Shown here piece by piece: positions 1-18,900 of a stretch of 64,000 bases of DNA. The notes beneath the pieces were generated by a model. That model was not told where the DNA came from, searched no databases, and saw only the letters and a program-made list of their open reading frames with translations. Position 1 is the stretch's first letter, and the number at the start of each line of letters is the position of its first letter. The stretch comes from the human T2T-CHM13v2.0 reference genome, Homo sapiens. The DNA lies in the NCBI RefSeq assembly GCF_009914755.1, contig NC_060947.1; one strand, given 5' to 3'. The translations under genes were made by a program, and so were the position numbers.

Positions 1-1847
1 TCAGTCCTTTGGGCTTTTTATATATTGGATTACTGTGTGAGTTTTTGCTTAAAGATGTGGTACCATGGGAAAAAATTTTTTAAAAGGTTGAGCACCACTG
101 ATCTAGTTTAACCTACTGCTTATTTATCAGAGGCAGAATCTACAGCTCAGAAAGGTAGAGGGATTGCCCATGGTAACCCTGCTCATGAGTATCAGATTGG
201 GAATTAAATTCAGATCTCCTGACTCTTGAGTTAGTTGTTGTTGGAGGCAAATGATTTTTCTTACATCCTTTGAAATGGAATGCAGTTAGAAAATTGGCCT
301 CCTTGCCTTTCAAAGGATGTAAATTGCATTTTATAAACCCTAAAGCAAAATATGAAGAGGAACAGCCTAATGTGGGGACTCAATAGTAATAAGAATTTGA
401 GGGGGGTGTTATTATGTCTTTAGCTAAGCACTGACTGAAGGAAAGGCCATAACTCAGTGGGTAGCATAGTCCAGATTTACTTGGCACACATGGAAGCGAA
501 GCAGTGGTGGAATAGATCTAGGTGGTACTATCCTAGAAAAGCAAAGAATGGTTATACTCCATTTGTAGAATCATCTGGGGGCAATGAGGGTCAATCTTAT
601 ATATATTTGTTCCTTTTGAGTACTTTGGTGTGTACCTTTTGGTACTTGCTTTAGATCATGTGAAGTGGAATAGATATTGTTGACTAATTTTGCACTCTAA
701 TAAAATAAAGGATCTTTAAAAACAGCTCATTCCTTGGTGCTTCTGTACTGCTTCAGTACAATGGTGATTGAAAACATTTCAAGGAGCCTATGTCGCAGTT
801 CTTATGGCTTTGTGTCATAGAAGTTGGCTCAGCCTGCTTGGGGAAGGTCATCCAGCCTGGACTTCTGTGGATGGGTAGACCTGATTATCCCCATTTATAA
901 ATTCTCATTACAAATCCAAATTTTGCATGTGGCCTGTCTTGCTTTATAAATTCTTTTTTGGGAAGGACTCCAACTTCTTGGCAAAGGTCTCCTTTGAATA
1001 AAGTGTTTGCCAGTTAAGGGGCATTTACCCAGCTTAATAGAGCAGATTTATCCTTATACTTTGTGATGGAGAAGTATCTAACTCTTTGGAAGCCTCTCCA
1101 GTAAAGTTGGACAGGTTATGTGATTAGCTAATGTTGAGAATCTACAGATACGTTTTTCACATCCCCAAATGTTAATCCTTTTCTTCATCATTTATTCTAA
1201 GCTTTCCTGTTTAAACAAAACCCACCAATTTCTAGATTGATAATGTAAGGTCCCTCCAGTGTATAAATACCATTTCCAAAGGAAGAACTTTTCCCTTTAC
1301 TTTACAGTGTTACTTAGTCAGCAGAGTGCCAGAATGACATGGATTTCACCCAGGCACATTAACCAGGGATTCAAACATTTTCCTCACCAGCTTTTTCTCT
1401 TAAGGAAGTTGTAAGTATGTGTTAAATGATCACCACATGTATAGGGCCTACTCTTGGGCTCTTTTCAAAAATGTTTCATGACTGCATTCAATATGCATGC
1501 TCTACATAACTCCCAAGGTCTTAAAATTTATGCAATATGCATATTAGGGATACAAAAATAAACTAAGTTGTTGGAGATTTGGGGGACAGCCATATTTCCA
1601 TTCTAAAAGTCCTTAATGTGGAATTTAGTGCCAAAAAGCATGACTGACTATACAATCTTGGAGACTGAATTGTCAGCCTTTTCTCATGGAGAAGTTTAAC
1701 TCAGGCTACAAGGAGGACAGCAATCCCATTATTTAATAAGCACCAGACCTGAACTCAGAGCCTCTGATTACCCAAAGTAAGATGTCAAACATGAAGCTAT
1801 TTTCAGGATAATTCGAGCTGAATGTTGTGTGGGAAAAGTATTAAGGT

Positions 1848-1848
<1 letters not shown>

Positions 1849-1886
<38 letters not shown>
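1849..1886. repeat. (GT)n microsatellite
   Basis: About 19 perfect GT units. Confidence 0.97.
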
Positions 1887-1888
<2 letters not shown>

Positions 1889-2064
1889 ATTATCTGAATT
1901 GGTAGAGAAGCACAGGTTGGGTGATACTAAAAATGCTGGATTTATAACTGCTCGAGTGATTATTCTGGTGGTGGAAGTGATGAGAAAGGAAGGGGCTATT
2001 AAAAGTCTGTGCCACCTGTAGTCAAGTTTCTGGGATTCTGCTACTTGTCATTATATGAAGAACA

Positions 2065-2420
2065 GTTGAGATAAATGGGAATGTTTAGCTTTGAGAAGAG
2101 ACAACTCAGAGGGTTAGGGAGAGATGGCATCATATCAGAAGCACTGTTAGGAAGAAACAGTCTTGTTCTGTATGACTCCACAGGGAGGAAGAATTACTAA
2201 TGATTGTGTCACAGAGAGAATAATATTAGACGTATATAAAGTAGTCCTTTTTAATGAAGTGACAAGGATTAAGAGAAGCTTTTGGAGATAGTGAATTCAG
2301 TGAATTTTCTGCCCTGGCCCCATGCAAGCATCACTGGGCCATTGTGTTGGCACGGATATCGTAGAGAGCATTTAAACACCGAAAGCTGAAGACTCTTTTA
2401 CCCTGAAAGTCTCAGAAGCT
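2065..2420 (+). mobile_element. L3/CR1 LINE 3' fragment
   Basis: gggaatgtttagctttgagaagagacaactcagaggg resembles the L3 3' consensus. Confidence 0.55.
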
Positions 2421-2547
2421 AATGATTCATTTGCAAATTGTTCCATTTTCCACTTTCTTTGCTTAGGTGGACACTGCTTACAAACCACTGAAAGAATGTC
2501 TGTTTATATGGTAATTTCCCACATGGATTGAGCCATCATCATCATCA

Positions 2548-2799
<252 letters not shown>

Positions 2800-3389
2800 T
2801 TATTTCTACATAGGGTCAGCCCTGCTCATCATAGAAGGATTCCCCCCTCCAGGTGAATAAGGATGAAATTAAGGAATGAATTGGGGTCTCAGTGGAGTGA
2901 AGCCTTGAGAGACAATAATCACTTGCTTTCCTACTCCACCTCCCAGTTTTGAACTTGCCAAACCTGGTAGGCTTTTCCTGAAAATGCCCATATGTTATAC
3001 TTTTCTGGGTACTACTCTTAGCATTTTTACTATAGTTACTGGAATGCTGTTGCAATTTTGGGTGCCTGATTCTACTTCCTTTCCATTTTGGAATGGGAAT
3101 AATTTCATCAATAAATTAATTAGATCAGTATTATCCCATAGTCCTTAGTTTCCACTGGGTTCAGGAAAGAGAACTTCTCAATGTGTTTTGAGGTGAGCAA
3201 GCTGATCATGGATCAAATTACCAGATGTTGGGGCTAAAGCTAGGCAATGGGGCCCAAAATAATTTATAACTCATTTTTTTTTCCTTTTTTCTCTCATCAT
3301 GTAGAAGTTTTGTAAAATTTTACCTGATGACATAGATGTTTCTTCTGCCTTGGAATAAAGAAAATAGTAAAAGCTGTGGCTGTGGTCTA

Positions 3390-3545
3390 GGGCTGCACTT
3401 TCTCAGACTTTAAAGTACATGTGAATTACCTGAGGATCATGTTAAAATTCAGATCCCGGGTGGCACCTGAGGTTCTTTGTGTCAAATAATCTCCCAGGTG
3501 GTACTGATATTGCTGGTTTGGGGACCACAGTTTGAGTAGCAAGGA
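3390..3545. mobile_element. MER5-like hAT DNA transposon fossil
   Basis: ttctcagacttt...gaattacctgagga...gggaccacagtttgagtagca pattern. Confidence 0.6.
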
Positions 3546-4059
3546 CTTAGAAGATGGCCATGTGTTGAAGAGTCCAGTGCAATCTAATTATGCCTGGAGA
3601 CTACTGGTAGGGCTGCTTTTACCATGATGTGTGAATTTCCCAGGTTTCCCCCTTGGTTGTGAAGTCAGTGTCCAAATAGGATGTAGACCCTGAACAAGAA
3701 CTGGGTCGTGTGGAGTAGCCATGAGAAATGAGCAGATTCATGCGCCCCTTGGTTATGGGAAAAGGTGCTTTGAATAGACTGATCAGCACTTGCTCTGCTT
3801 ACCTTACTTGAGGCCTGTCCTGACTGATACTTGGCTTTGTCTCTAGACTAACTGACAGACAGCTTCTCTGTCCTTGAAGATATTAAGTTAGCAAAAGCAA
3901 GCCCTAGGTGTACTGCCAATCTCACCATGGACCAGTGCCCGGGACAGAAGGAACTACATTTCTGAGACTCTCAACAAAGGACTACCACACTGCATGGGGG
4001 TGGGGTGGGGGTGCCCTAGTTCAGAGCTAGTCTGACTGCCTGTTCTAGTAGTTTATTTA

Positions 4060-4467
<408 letters not shown>

Positions 4468-4739
4468 TTAGGCATCTGGAATGTCCAGGAGAAAGTCTAC
4501 TGTCATAATACCTTTCCTAGTTTACAGTCAGCTCTGGCAAGGAGTTACATGGCCAATCCCCAGAAGAGGCCTGTTTTCTAGGTGCCTGTGAATGCATCTA
4601 ACCCCGGAGACGGCTCTTCATGTCAAACTATGAAACTAGATTTTCCTTAGTGTTCATTATTTTTTAATATATTAAAACAAAATCACTCTGTCTGGTTCAT
4701 GCTTTGGCATACCTTCCTATTGTCCCTCCCACCTTGTCA

Positions 4740-4930
4740 GAGTTGTGCTTCCTCAAACCTGGTTTTACATCAGAATCATCCAGGGAACATTAAAAAATCT
4801 AAATCCCCAGGTCCTTCCACAGACTGACTAAATGAGACTCTGGGGTGTGGATGGAGGAGAGAGTAGAGCCTGGGTAGCTGTTTTACAAACTCTCCTGGGA
4901 ACTTACATGCCTTTTAGCAGAGAATCATGG
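4740..4930. mobile_element. MER5A-like fossil
   Basis: catcagaatcatccagggaac...cagactgactaaatgagactctgggg. Confidence 0.55.
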
Positions 4931-5522
4931 AGATATTTCATTTCAAATTGATTCACATCCGCTCATTCCCTTAGTCTACGTGAGGTCATCATCAATGTGC
5001 ACTCTGTTTGGGCAAACACAAACTGGCAGGGAATAAGCCCATGCCTGTAGCTAGGGTTTGAAATGAAAATGAGTTCTCTGTTATATTTTGTTTTTATTTT
5101 TCTTGATTTTGTTTTGAGCACCTCTTGGTTAGCTTGTAATGAATCAGGTTGCTACTGTGCCATCTATTTAACTCCGTCTCTAGTCTAGACATGCAAAAGG
5201 AAAAAATATTTTGGGGCTGGCATTACGATATTGTATACTAACCCAGCTGGGATTTTACTCAAAGGCAATCTACAAAGTGTCAGTGATTAATAATTAAGGA
5301 ATCATCAGCATTGCAAATCATTATCCAGCTGCTACTTCCTGGTAAGTGACTCAACAGGGAGCTCAACTGTCAACTATGATTTTAAATACTGCCTACATTT
5401 GACTACCCCAGCTTCCCATGGGACAGGTTAAACAGAGCTGCACCATTTAGCTTACTAGTACAAAGGAAATAAACCTCTTTCATCATTTACCCAACACCAA
5501 AGGTAAACTTGCCTAACTTTAC

Positions 5523-5912
5523 TGTTAGTTTATCTGTGAAGGTCACTAGTTTCCCAGCACAACCATTCTTCTTCTCCTTGAGCACACAGCTGGACTACAT
5601 TACCCAGGCTCCCTTACAGTGAGGTGTGGCCACATGACTAACTTCTCACTGTGGGAAATGCTGTGTGGCACTACCAGGTCTGGCCTATAGAAGTTTCCTA
5701 TGTGTGCTCCTCCATGTTCTTTTCCTTTTCTGACTGACTGGGATGTGATAACCTGGTGTGATCTAGGGGCTTCTGTCAGCCCCTGTCCCTCAATAACCAT
5801 GTTAGCAGAACTAGCCTGCTGAATAAGAATACCTGTTTTGGACTGTTACGTCACGGAGAAATTTCTGTTGTGTTTGAGCCATTATATATTTTGGAGTCTA
5901 GCCTGTCCTAAA
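5523..5912 (+). mobile_element. MLT1-family MaLR LTR
   Basis: ggactacattacccaggctccct..gaggtgtggccacatgactaa and 3' ttctgttgtgtttgagccatt..ttttggag. Confidence 0.65.
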
Positions 5913-6199
5913 GAAGATTACTGGTATGAAACTACCAAAAATAAGCTCTAAAATGTTTTCATCCTGTGATGTCATTTCCTCCAAACATGTTCATGATCTC
6001 CATTATGTCCTCACACTTCCCTTCCACGCATTCATACACAAAAAGACAATATCCTATAGTCCCTTTCTACTCTTTTTTTTGCCACAGTAGCCTATGCCAA
6101 AGGCTGGGATGATGAAGTCCAAGAAAATACAGAAAAGTCAGAGTAAAGCAAGACCTTTGCAGTAGAAGAACTGCTGGGAGCTCAGTCTACTGAGGGAAA

Positions 6200-7177
<978 letters not shown>

Positions 7178-7269
7178 CATAGGATGAACCATTTTAAGAG
7201 CAATGAGAAGCCATAAGAAGTGTGTGTGTGTGTGCGTATGTAAAGTAGTATAATAAAGCAGTTGCAACT

Positions 7270-7460
7270 GGCTCTGTTGTTTACTAACTGTGCAACTGAA
7301 CAAGTTCTACTCTGTTTTTTAATGTCTTCCTCTAAAGAATGGAGATAATAATATCCACCTTGTAGGGTTGGTGTGAGGATTAAGATCAGTTACTACATAC
7401 GAAGTGCTTAGAACTATGCCTGGCACATAGTAAGGGCTCATTAAATCTTAGCTACATATA
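7270..7460 (+). mobile_element. MIR
   Basis: Core aatggagataataata..gggttggtgtgaggattaa..gtgcttagaac..cctggcacatagtaag. Confidence 0.7.
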
Positions 7461-7469
7461 TTATTATGC

Positions 7470-7900
7470 ATGTAAGAAAATTAGATTTAGATGTTGAAAA
7501 GATCCTTCTGGTTACTGGGTGGAGGATGGATTAGAAGCAGAGGGCAGTCAAAACTAGAGGCAGAAAGATTAGTTAGAAAACTGTTGTCAATCTTGAACAA
7601 AATGATGGTGACTTAGACTAAGGAAATGGCAGTGGAAATGGAGAGATGCGGTCAGATTTGAAATGCAGTGAGGAGGTAGAATTGGCAGGATGTGCTGATG
7701 GATGGGGAATGGAGTAATGGATGGGGTGTGGGAGGTAAAGGGGAGGGAGGCTTCTCATTCAGGTGAATTGGTGATGATAGTGCCATTAACTGACAGAGGG
7801 AACACTGAAGATGAAATAGGTTTATGGAAGTGCATGCCTTTTTAAGACTGTCAAATTAGATTTGTCTGTGAGACATCTAAATGGAGATATCCGGATTGAC
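7470..7900 (-). mobile_element. L2 fragment
   Basis: gaaaagatccttctgg...ggcagtggaaatggagag...gtgagacatctaaatggagat. Confidence 0.6.
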
Positions 7901-7922
7901 ATCAAATACTGATGTTATGTGG

Positions 7923-8122
7923 CAGGGATTAGCAGATTTTTCTGTAAAGGGCCACATAGTGTGGCTTTGCAGGCCACACTGTCACTGTTGTAGCTACCCA
8001 ACTCAGCTGTTGCAGTGCAAACTCAGCCATAGACAATATGTACATGAATGGGCTTAGCTGTGTGCCAATAAAACTTTATTCACACAAACAGGCAGCAAAT
8101 TGTAGTTTGCCAAACTCTGTCC
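7923..8122. mobile_element. MER58A-like DNA transposon
   Basis: ttttctgtaaagggcca..gccatagacaatatgta..gtgccaataaaactttatt. Confidence 0.75.
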
Positions 8123-8735
8123 TATGCTACTGCATCAGCCTGAACCAAACAGACATTTGGAGCTCTTCAGCAATGGTCTTGATGACCTCATGTGACTTCC
8201 CCTTATGTATTCCCAGAAACTCCAACCCCAGAAATCACTTTCTGCTAAGGCACAAATGCAGAAGTGAAGCTTCTTTTAATGGTGGATATACCATCCAACC
8301 TTTATCTTCAATGCCTCTGCTCTGATTTTCAATTTGGCTCAAGCTGGGCAATTTTAAAGTTGGACAGGTTTTTATCTTCTATTTTTATATCTGACAGAAG
8401 TAGTGTAGGGTGGTGTGGATTCTGGCAGAACAAACTGCAATTAGAATATGATAAAGGAAATTTTTATTAAGCCACCATGTAGTATCTAATCTAAACACAT
8501 TTGTGAGCTTTGAAAGCACAATCCTGATTCTGCTTGCATAGTGAAGTTCACATTTGACAGATTATTTAATCAATCTCTAGTCGATTCTAAGAACGCCTCA
8601 GAAAGAAGAATTACAGGAAAAACTGCAGAGTGCGTACCCACTAGATGCCTCATTGCACAAAAACCCGAACTGTCCAGAGCCTGGAGCAGTAGGTTTTTAT
8701 TTTAATGAAGTCCAATTTGTAGTTTTTGTTGTTGT

Positions 8736-9287
8736 TGTAAGAATTAAGGAAAGAGGAGAAACAAGAAGGTCGGCTCGACAGTCAACAGGTTTACTTCCAA
8801 CCTGGGAGGGACGTCTGATTGAGTTAGGTCAGAAGTAGCAATCTCTTACAGACTAAGAGTTTTTAAGGATTCAGGGTGGGAGAGTTATCAGAGGCTTGGA
8901 CTGCTTCTGTGTCTCTTTGTTGTGCTTATCTGGGAGGGAGAGTTGTGTGTCTGTTCCCCTACATCTTTGTGCAGCTGCAGGAATATCCCTCGAGTCTGCT
9001 TTTGGCTTCCCTATCTTAGTGTACCTGAAGGGAAAGGAATGTGCTTATTAAGGGCCACTGTTTTACTGGAGCCCATTGTATGAGGGTGAAGTTTGGCAGT
9101 TACCCAAGAGACTTTCCCCTGCCTTCCTCTGTGCCCCAGCCTTCTTATCTGTGTTTTACTGTCTGCTCTTTTTTGGCTGCTTGTAGTTAGAAAAGAAGTG
9201 ATTTCCTTGAAATGCATGAAGCTGGAAAGGCAGCTGGAACTTAAAGTGGCGGTGTTTGTCTGAGATGATGGTGGTCCTGCTCTGTCA
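8736..9287 (-). mobile_element. ERV1 (MER4-group-like) 3' LTR, 552 bp
   Basis: TG...CA termini (- strand TGACAGAGCAGG...AATTCTTACA), preceded on the - strand by a PPT-like tagggtctggaa and internal sequence. Confidence 0.8.
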
Positions 9288-11960
<2,673 letters not shown>

Positions 11961-13344
11961 CTTGACACTAAAAATAATGACTTATTTTGTAATTTGGGCA
12001 AAGTAGCGCTGAAATATAATGCTTTTTTCTTTCGATTTTAAATACCTGGGTAAAATCGGAAGATGAGTACTTAGGTAGAAATAAGTAACTACTGAACCGG
12101 TGGGAGCAAAGTTTAGTTGAGCAATACTCTTTATGATACTGACAAGTGAAGCCTTATTAGTTCCAAAAGTGCTGGCTTTATTTTTATAGTCACAGAGTAG
12201 TCTAAAGGCAAGGCTTACCCAGCTCCTGGCTCCCACATGAACATTATTTATTTAGTACGCCAGATTTTTTTTCAAGGTGCACTAGCCACTGAGGATATTT
12301 TTACTGGTGGGAACTGAGATTTTCTAGATGCATAAATTAACTGCTAATGCTGGTTTATTTTAGGGACATGTTCATTGAAACAGTATTCTTACTTAGCTTG
12401 AATCCTAAATTTTGTTCCCTTATTATCTCGTTAAAGTGATGGATATGTTTGTACAATGAAGACAACTTTTTTTGCATTTTTAGGTTAGAGCTTCGGCATG
12501 GGAATTATACTTTGACACAGAAAATTAGGTCTGTAAGTGAAATATAATAAAGTGTTCTGGAAAGAAGGATACTCTGCCTTACAACCTCAAGAGAAAAATA
12601 TATGGCACCAAGGCCTGATTCTTTCTTCCCTTATTGTTTTTTTATTTTCCCCAACTTTGGGAACTAAAATCTCTTCGCTTAAATGCTGAAATTATAAATT
12701 GAAACAGACTCTTGGGTTTTGTTATAAAGGCAAAGTAATAATACTTCTATGTATTTTATAGGGTTATATAGTATAATAACTGGAATCCATGGTTAGATTT
12801 GACTGAAGCTACATAGATACTAATCTGACAGACTTACTGTTGTCATATCTAAGAAATCATTGCCCAATCCAAGGTCACAAAGACTCACACCATTGTTTTC
12901 TTCTCAGAGTTTGATAGCTTTAGCTTTTATATTTAGGTATTTAATCCGTTTGCATATTTTGTGAGGTAGAGGCCCAATTGCATTCGTTTGCATGTGGATA
13001 TCCATTTGTCCCGGCACTATTTTTTGAAAACACTACTATTTCCCCATTATATTGTTTTGACACCCTTGTTGAAAGTCAATTAACCATAAAGGTAAGAAAA
13101 ATTTGGAGAATGTTACCATTTTAACAATATGAAGTCTCTAGTCCACGAACATGGAATATCTTTCCACTTACGTAGATCTTCTTTAGTTTCTTTGAACAGT
13201 GTTTTCTGGTTTTTTTCAGTGTACAAGTCTTACACTTCTTTTGTTCAATTTATTCCTAAGTATTTAATTGTTTTTAATGCTACTGTAAATGGAATTGTTT
13301 TCTTAATTTCATTTTTGGATTGTTCATTGCTAGTGTATAGAAAC

Positions 13345-13780
13345 TGTCAAAAGACAAAATCTCAACAAATTTAGTTATAGATCTAATTGGCTTTTTTCAT
13401 GATGTATGAATCAGGGAAGCCTCCATTCTACAAAATAGAATGAGACATTCCATTCTACTAGGCAATAGCAGAACAGTGGGTTTTGTAAGGTGGGAAAAAG
13501 GAAAGAGAACATAGGGGAAAAAAAATCGGTTAACATCAGGTTACTTTTTTTGGCAAGGGTTAAAACAGAGGCATCTTCCATATTACATGGACTCAGGTGG
13601 AGTAGAATCTCCTATTTTCAGGAAAAACTGGTCTGTTTGGGGATGTACCTGCTTTCTTAAAGTTTTAGTTTGATTATATGGCATTTAGCAGGTGATTCCA
13701 TTTTGGTTTGGTCTGGTCTGTTGGGGCCTAGTATGGGAGCTCAGTCCAAAACAATGGCCTTCCATAATTTTTGTTGAACA
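13345..13780 (-). mobile_element. Solo ERV1 LTR (MER65-like), 436 bp
   Basis: TG...CA ends with a perfect 4-bp TSD aaac (13341-13344 and 13781-13784), inserted in L1. Confidence 0.8.
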
Positions 13781-14244
13781 AAACATGATTGATTTTGTAT
13801 GTTATCTTGCAACCTTGCCCAACTCATTTATCAGCCCTAATAATTTTTGTTGTTGATACCTTAGGATTTTCTCTGTACAAGGTCCATGTCATCAGTGAAT
13901 AGAGACAATTTTAATTCTTCCTTTCCAAACTGGAAGCCTATTATTTCTTTTTCTTACCTAATTGACCTGGCTAGAATCTTCAGTATGATGATGAATAGAA
14001 GTGCTGTCAGTGGACATCCCTGTCTTTTTCCTGATGTTAGAAGAAAAGCTTTCAAGTTTCCTATTAAGTGTGATGTCAGCTATGGGTTTTTAATAGATGG
14101 CCTTTATCAGGCTGAAGAAATTCTCTTCAATTCACAGTTTTCCATGTGTTTTTATCATGTAAGTTTGTTGAATTTTGAAAAATGCTTCTTCTGTGTCAAA
14201 TGAAATGATCATGCATGGTTTTGTCTTTCCTTTCATTAATGTAA

Positions 14245-14628
<384 letters not shown>

Positions 14629-15339
14629 CATAGTGTCTAATTCGTTTTCTATGTTGCTGGATTTAGATTGCTTTTTCTTTAGCCTATTATTTGACCCAAT
14701 TGTTATCTACTGCCTCAGGCAGCCTTCATATTAAACAACTGTTGCTGATTTTTTTAAACAAATGCCCCCAGGAAAAGAACTATTGGTACTGAGTCAGATC
14801 ACATGAAGACCAGTCCTGGGAATTGGGCTTCTTAACGAAGTTGACTGACAGATAATGACAGTTCTCTGGGGATGGGTCTATTTGGGGTGCTCCAAACCCA
14901 GTTTGCTCCCCTTCAGTGGGTGCCAGGCTGCTGCTTTTTACAGCTACCATGGTTCCAAGGCTGTTGGTTTTCAAAGCTGCTGTTGAGCTGGGGAAAGGAA
15001 GATGGGAATTGGGCAAATTAAAATACCACAAAACTTGCTTTTCTTCGAAAACTTGGCTGTTTTACTTGAGTAAATGCTCCTCTGATCGTTGTAAACTTTT
15101 GCTTAATTTCCGGAATTGTGAAAGTTAATTTAAAAAAATTTTCAACGTCTTGTAGCTTTTGTGGAAGGGTAGATTTTCAGAACTCTGCCATTCTGGAAGT
15201 GCTTTCCCTTGTAACTTTTTAACTTTTCATGGGAAGTTATGTTGTTCTATTTGTGTGTGGGTTAGTGCAAATGATAGTCCTTGCCCAACGAATTCCCTTC
15301 CTCAGGGGCTTAAAAAGTTTAAGGAATATAGCAGCTTCT

Positions 15340-15966
<627 letters not shown>

Positions 15967-18900
15967 AGCTTCTTAAAAGCTATAAGACTGAGTGTTGGTC
16001 AAGGACTGGGAGCTTGTCTTATTCTTTATTATATTCCCAACATTTTGCAAAATGCCTGGTACAAGATGAATGCTGAATAGATATTTGATGAATGAGTGAT
16101 TGAATAAATAGCTCTGTGCTGGATAAATCTTGGTGGAATACTCTCTTTCCAAATTCTTCCTTCCTTAGTGTGTGAAAGGAGTCCAGTAGCTAACACAAGT
16201 CTCCTGGGAGTTGCAACTAGGAACTACTCTTAACATTGGAAGATTACATATCAAAGATTGAGCTCTTATAATGTGCCAGCAACTGTGCTGGATTTTTTAT
16301 ATGCATCATCTCACAGCAACGCTAATGGCAGATATAGAATTATATCATTTTACAGCTGATAGGACAGAGCCCAAGGTCACATTTCTTGGTAAATGGTGGA
16401 GCCAGGACTGGGGAACTAGCTTGGTTGATTCCATAGACCAAGCTTTCAAACACTGCACTCTCTGACAATCCATGGATGGTATGATCAGAGGCATGCAGAA
16501 AGCTAAATTTCCCAGTATCTTCCCCATTGGCCTTGCGGCCAGTGATTGAAATGCCCACATAATTTATTTCTTTGGATTAAAGCATTGAAACTATATTCAT
16601 GTTTGTAGGAAGTGGTAATATACAAAACTATCAACTACCTTAACAGCTTAAAGTGGGTATATCATATTAGCCAGTTAAGGGGCCTGAAGGCTAGCAAAGC
16701 CCAGAAGTGATGGGGCCCGCCCCAGGCCAGATCTGTATGGAATCCCCCTGTTTAATCTGTCTAAATCTTTTCTTCACAAATGAGCTAGGATCCTCACTGC
16801 AGTTGTTGATTGTTTTCCCTCTTCAGTGCTTCAGTTCTGCAATACTCCCAGACAAGGGCTGAACATTATTGTATTTTTTCCTTACTGCACACAACTTTTG
16901 GAAAAGCCCTGGCTTTCTTTGACATAAAGCTGTGTTGTCAATGGAGGGGCCCAATGGCTCTTGGCCCCTCCTAGGAATATTTCTTGATAGGAAAAATGTC
17001 AGGTTCTACTGGAAAGAGACCACCCCTCTGCCAGAAAACTAGCAAAATAGCTTTGATTTCACTGCAGCAGAGTTCTGAATTTTTTCATTCAGTGAAGAGA
17101 ATTATCTTCCCAGCCCCTCACCAGTCTACTGTATGTGACTTTTGTTTCTACAGCTGTCTAAAGGATCAATAGGATTTAATGCCTGATTCACATGCTTAAC
17201 TCAAGGCAGAATAGAATTTGACTTGCTTACTGCAAGGGAAGTGCAAGATTAATGTGATTCAGTTTAGGCCTTTCAACAAGTATTTTGGAGTACCTGCTCT
17301 GTGCCCAGCTCCGTGTGGCCTGTGGGAGAGGGTCATCGCAAGAGAGACCAGCCATGATTCTGGCCTGCAGGAGCTCTTTTGAAGGGATACTAGCCTAACT
17401 CATGCGAAACAAGTAACAGGACAATAATGTTTGTGTTCAGACGCCCACATAAATGGTACAGATGGTAAACATGTCAGGTTCCCAGATGGTTGGCTCTCAC
17501 AGACTGATTAAGGCCACTCCTCTCCAAATCAGGAGATTGTTTTGCCAAGTAAGGACATGAGAAAAGCCCACACCCCTTTGATCTCCTGTTACCACCATTT
17601 TATAAAAGAAAGGACAGAATAAAGGACAGTCATTCAATCTGGATCTATTTAGCTTTAGGAAAAGCTCACTGCTTTGTCATGAGGCACCACACTTTGGGAT
17701 CTTAGAGCATTCAGAGATGGAAAAAATCAGCAGGCACTAGAGTCCTAAGAAAAGGCTGCGGTGAATAATGAAATCAGAAAATCACTTCCTTCTGGAAGCC
17801 CTCCCTGATTGCTTCAGCCAGAGGTGTGACCTCTCTCCTTGAGCTCATACCACTTTGCTTTTTCCCTGTGGTACCTCTCAGAGCCTACCTTGTGTTACAT
17901 GTACTTCTATGTAGAATCAGTGACTCAGCCTTCTTAGTAGACGGTAAGCTTAGGAAGTGGAGGAACACTTCTATATATGTCATTTCTTACCCCCAAAGGT
18001 CTTTGCAGGCATTTACTGTTTTTGTTAAAGTGAAAAAATTCTTCATTCCGTCCCTGCTAAAATTTACACCTGAATGTTTAACGCCTAGTGGGCATTTCTC
18101 TTCGGCCGCTAAAACATATTTCAAACACATAATCCACACACAACTCTTCCCCGCCGTAGCATCCCCAAACCCACACACACGTTTCTCTTTTCACCTTGCA
18201 GTCTATATGTCCTTAAATTATTTCTCTAATAGAAGTTTTAATAGTCATAGATAAAATGTACACAGAACCTTCTAAGTTTTGGATACTTTTAAAAGCAGTT
18301 TATATGTATTAACAAACCTAGGAAGTTTGTACTATTATTACATCCATTTTACAGATGAGAAAACTGAGGCTCAGAGAGGTTAAATAGTAATAATAACAAC
18401 ATCTAACATTTGAGTGACTACTGGATGTCAAACATTGTACTTAAGTGCTCATTTAAGAATAATGAGGTACAGATAGACCTCCCTGATAATTAATTGAGTC
18501 ACCACTCCTTGAGGAGGCAATGAAAAAAAAGGGAAAGTCCCCTCATAGAAGCAGAGGATCTGGTCGTGGGGATGGGCTTTTGAGAAATAAGCCAGGCTGT
18601 GAGGTAGAGAAAAGCCACAGCAGTAAGCTTCCAGTGGCTCCATTAGGAATGGACAATGGTCAGAGGAGAAATATCTTTGTTACCCTGCTCAGTCCACCCT
18701 GTTCCCTGCTGGGAAAGCTATCAGCAAGAAAAGCATTAGGATAAAAACAAGTCAGTTTCACAGTTAAGTCACCTAACTGGTTATTTTCAGATTATTTTAA
18801 GTTTTTAGGTGTGTACAAAAAAGTGCAATAGGTGAGACTGAAAGAAAAGTCACCTTGACACATGTTTAATATTCAGAGGTTTATAAAGCAGTATAGGTCT

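Noticed and set aside
3996-4011. G-rich run near the TRPC5 exon donor
   Set aside because: Only three G-tracts; insufficient for a canonical intramolecular G-quadruplex.
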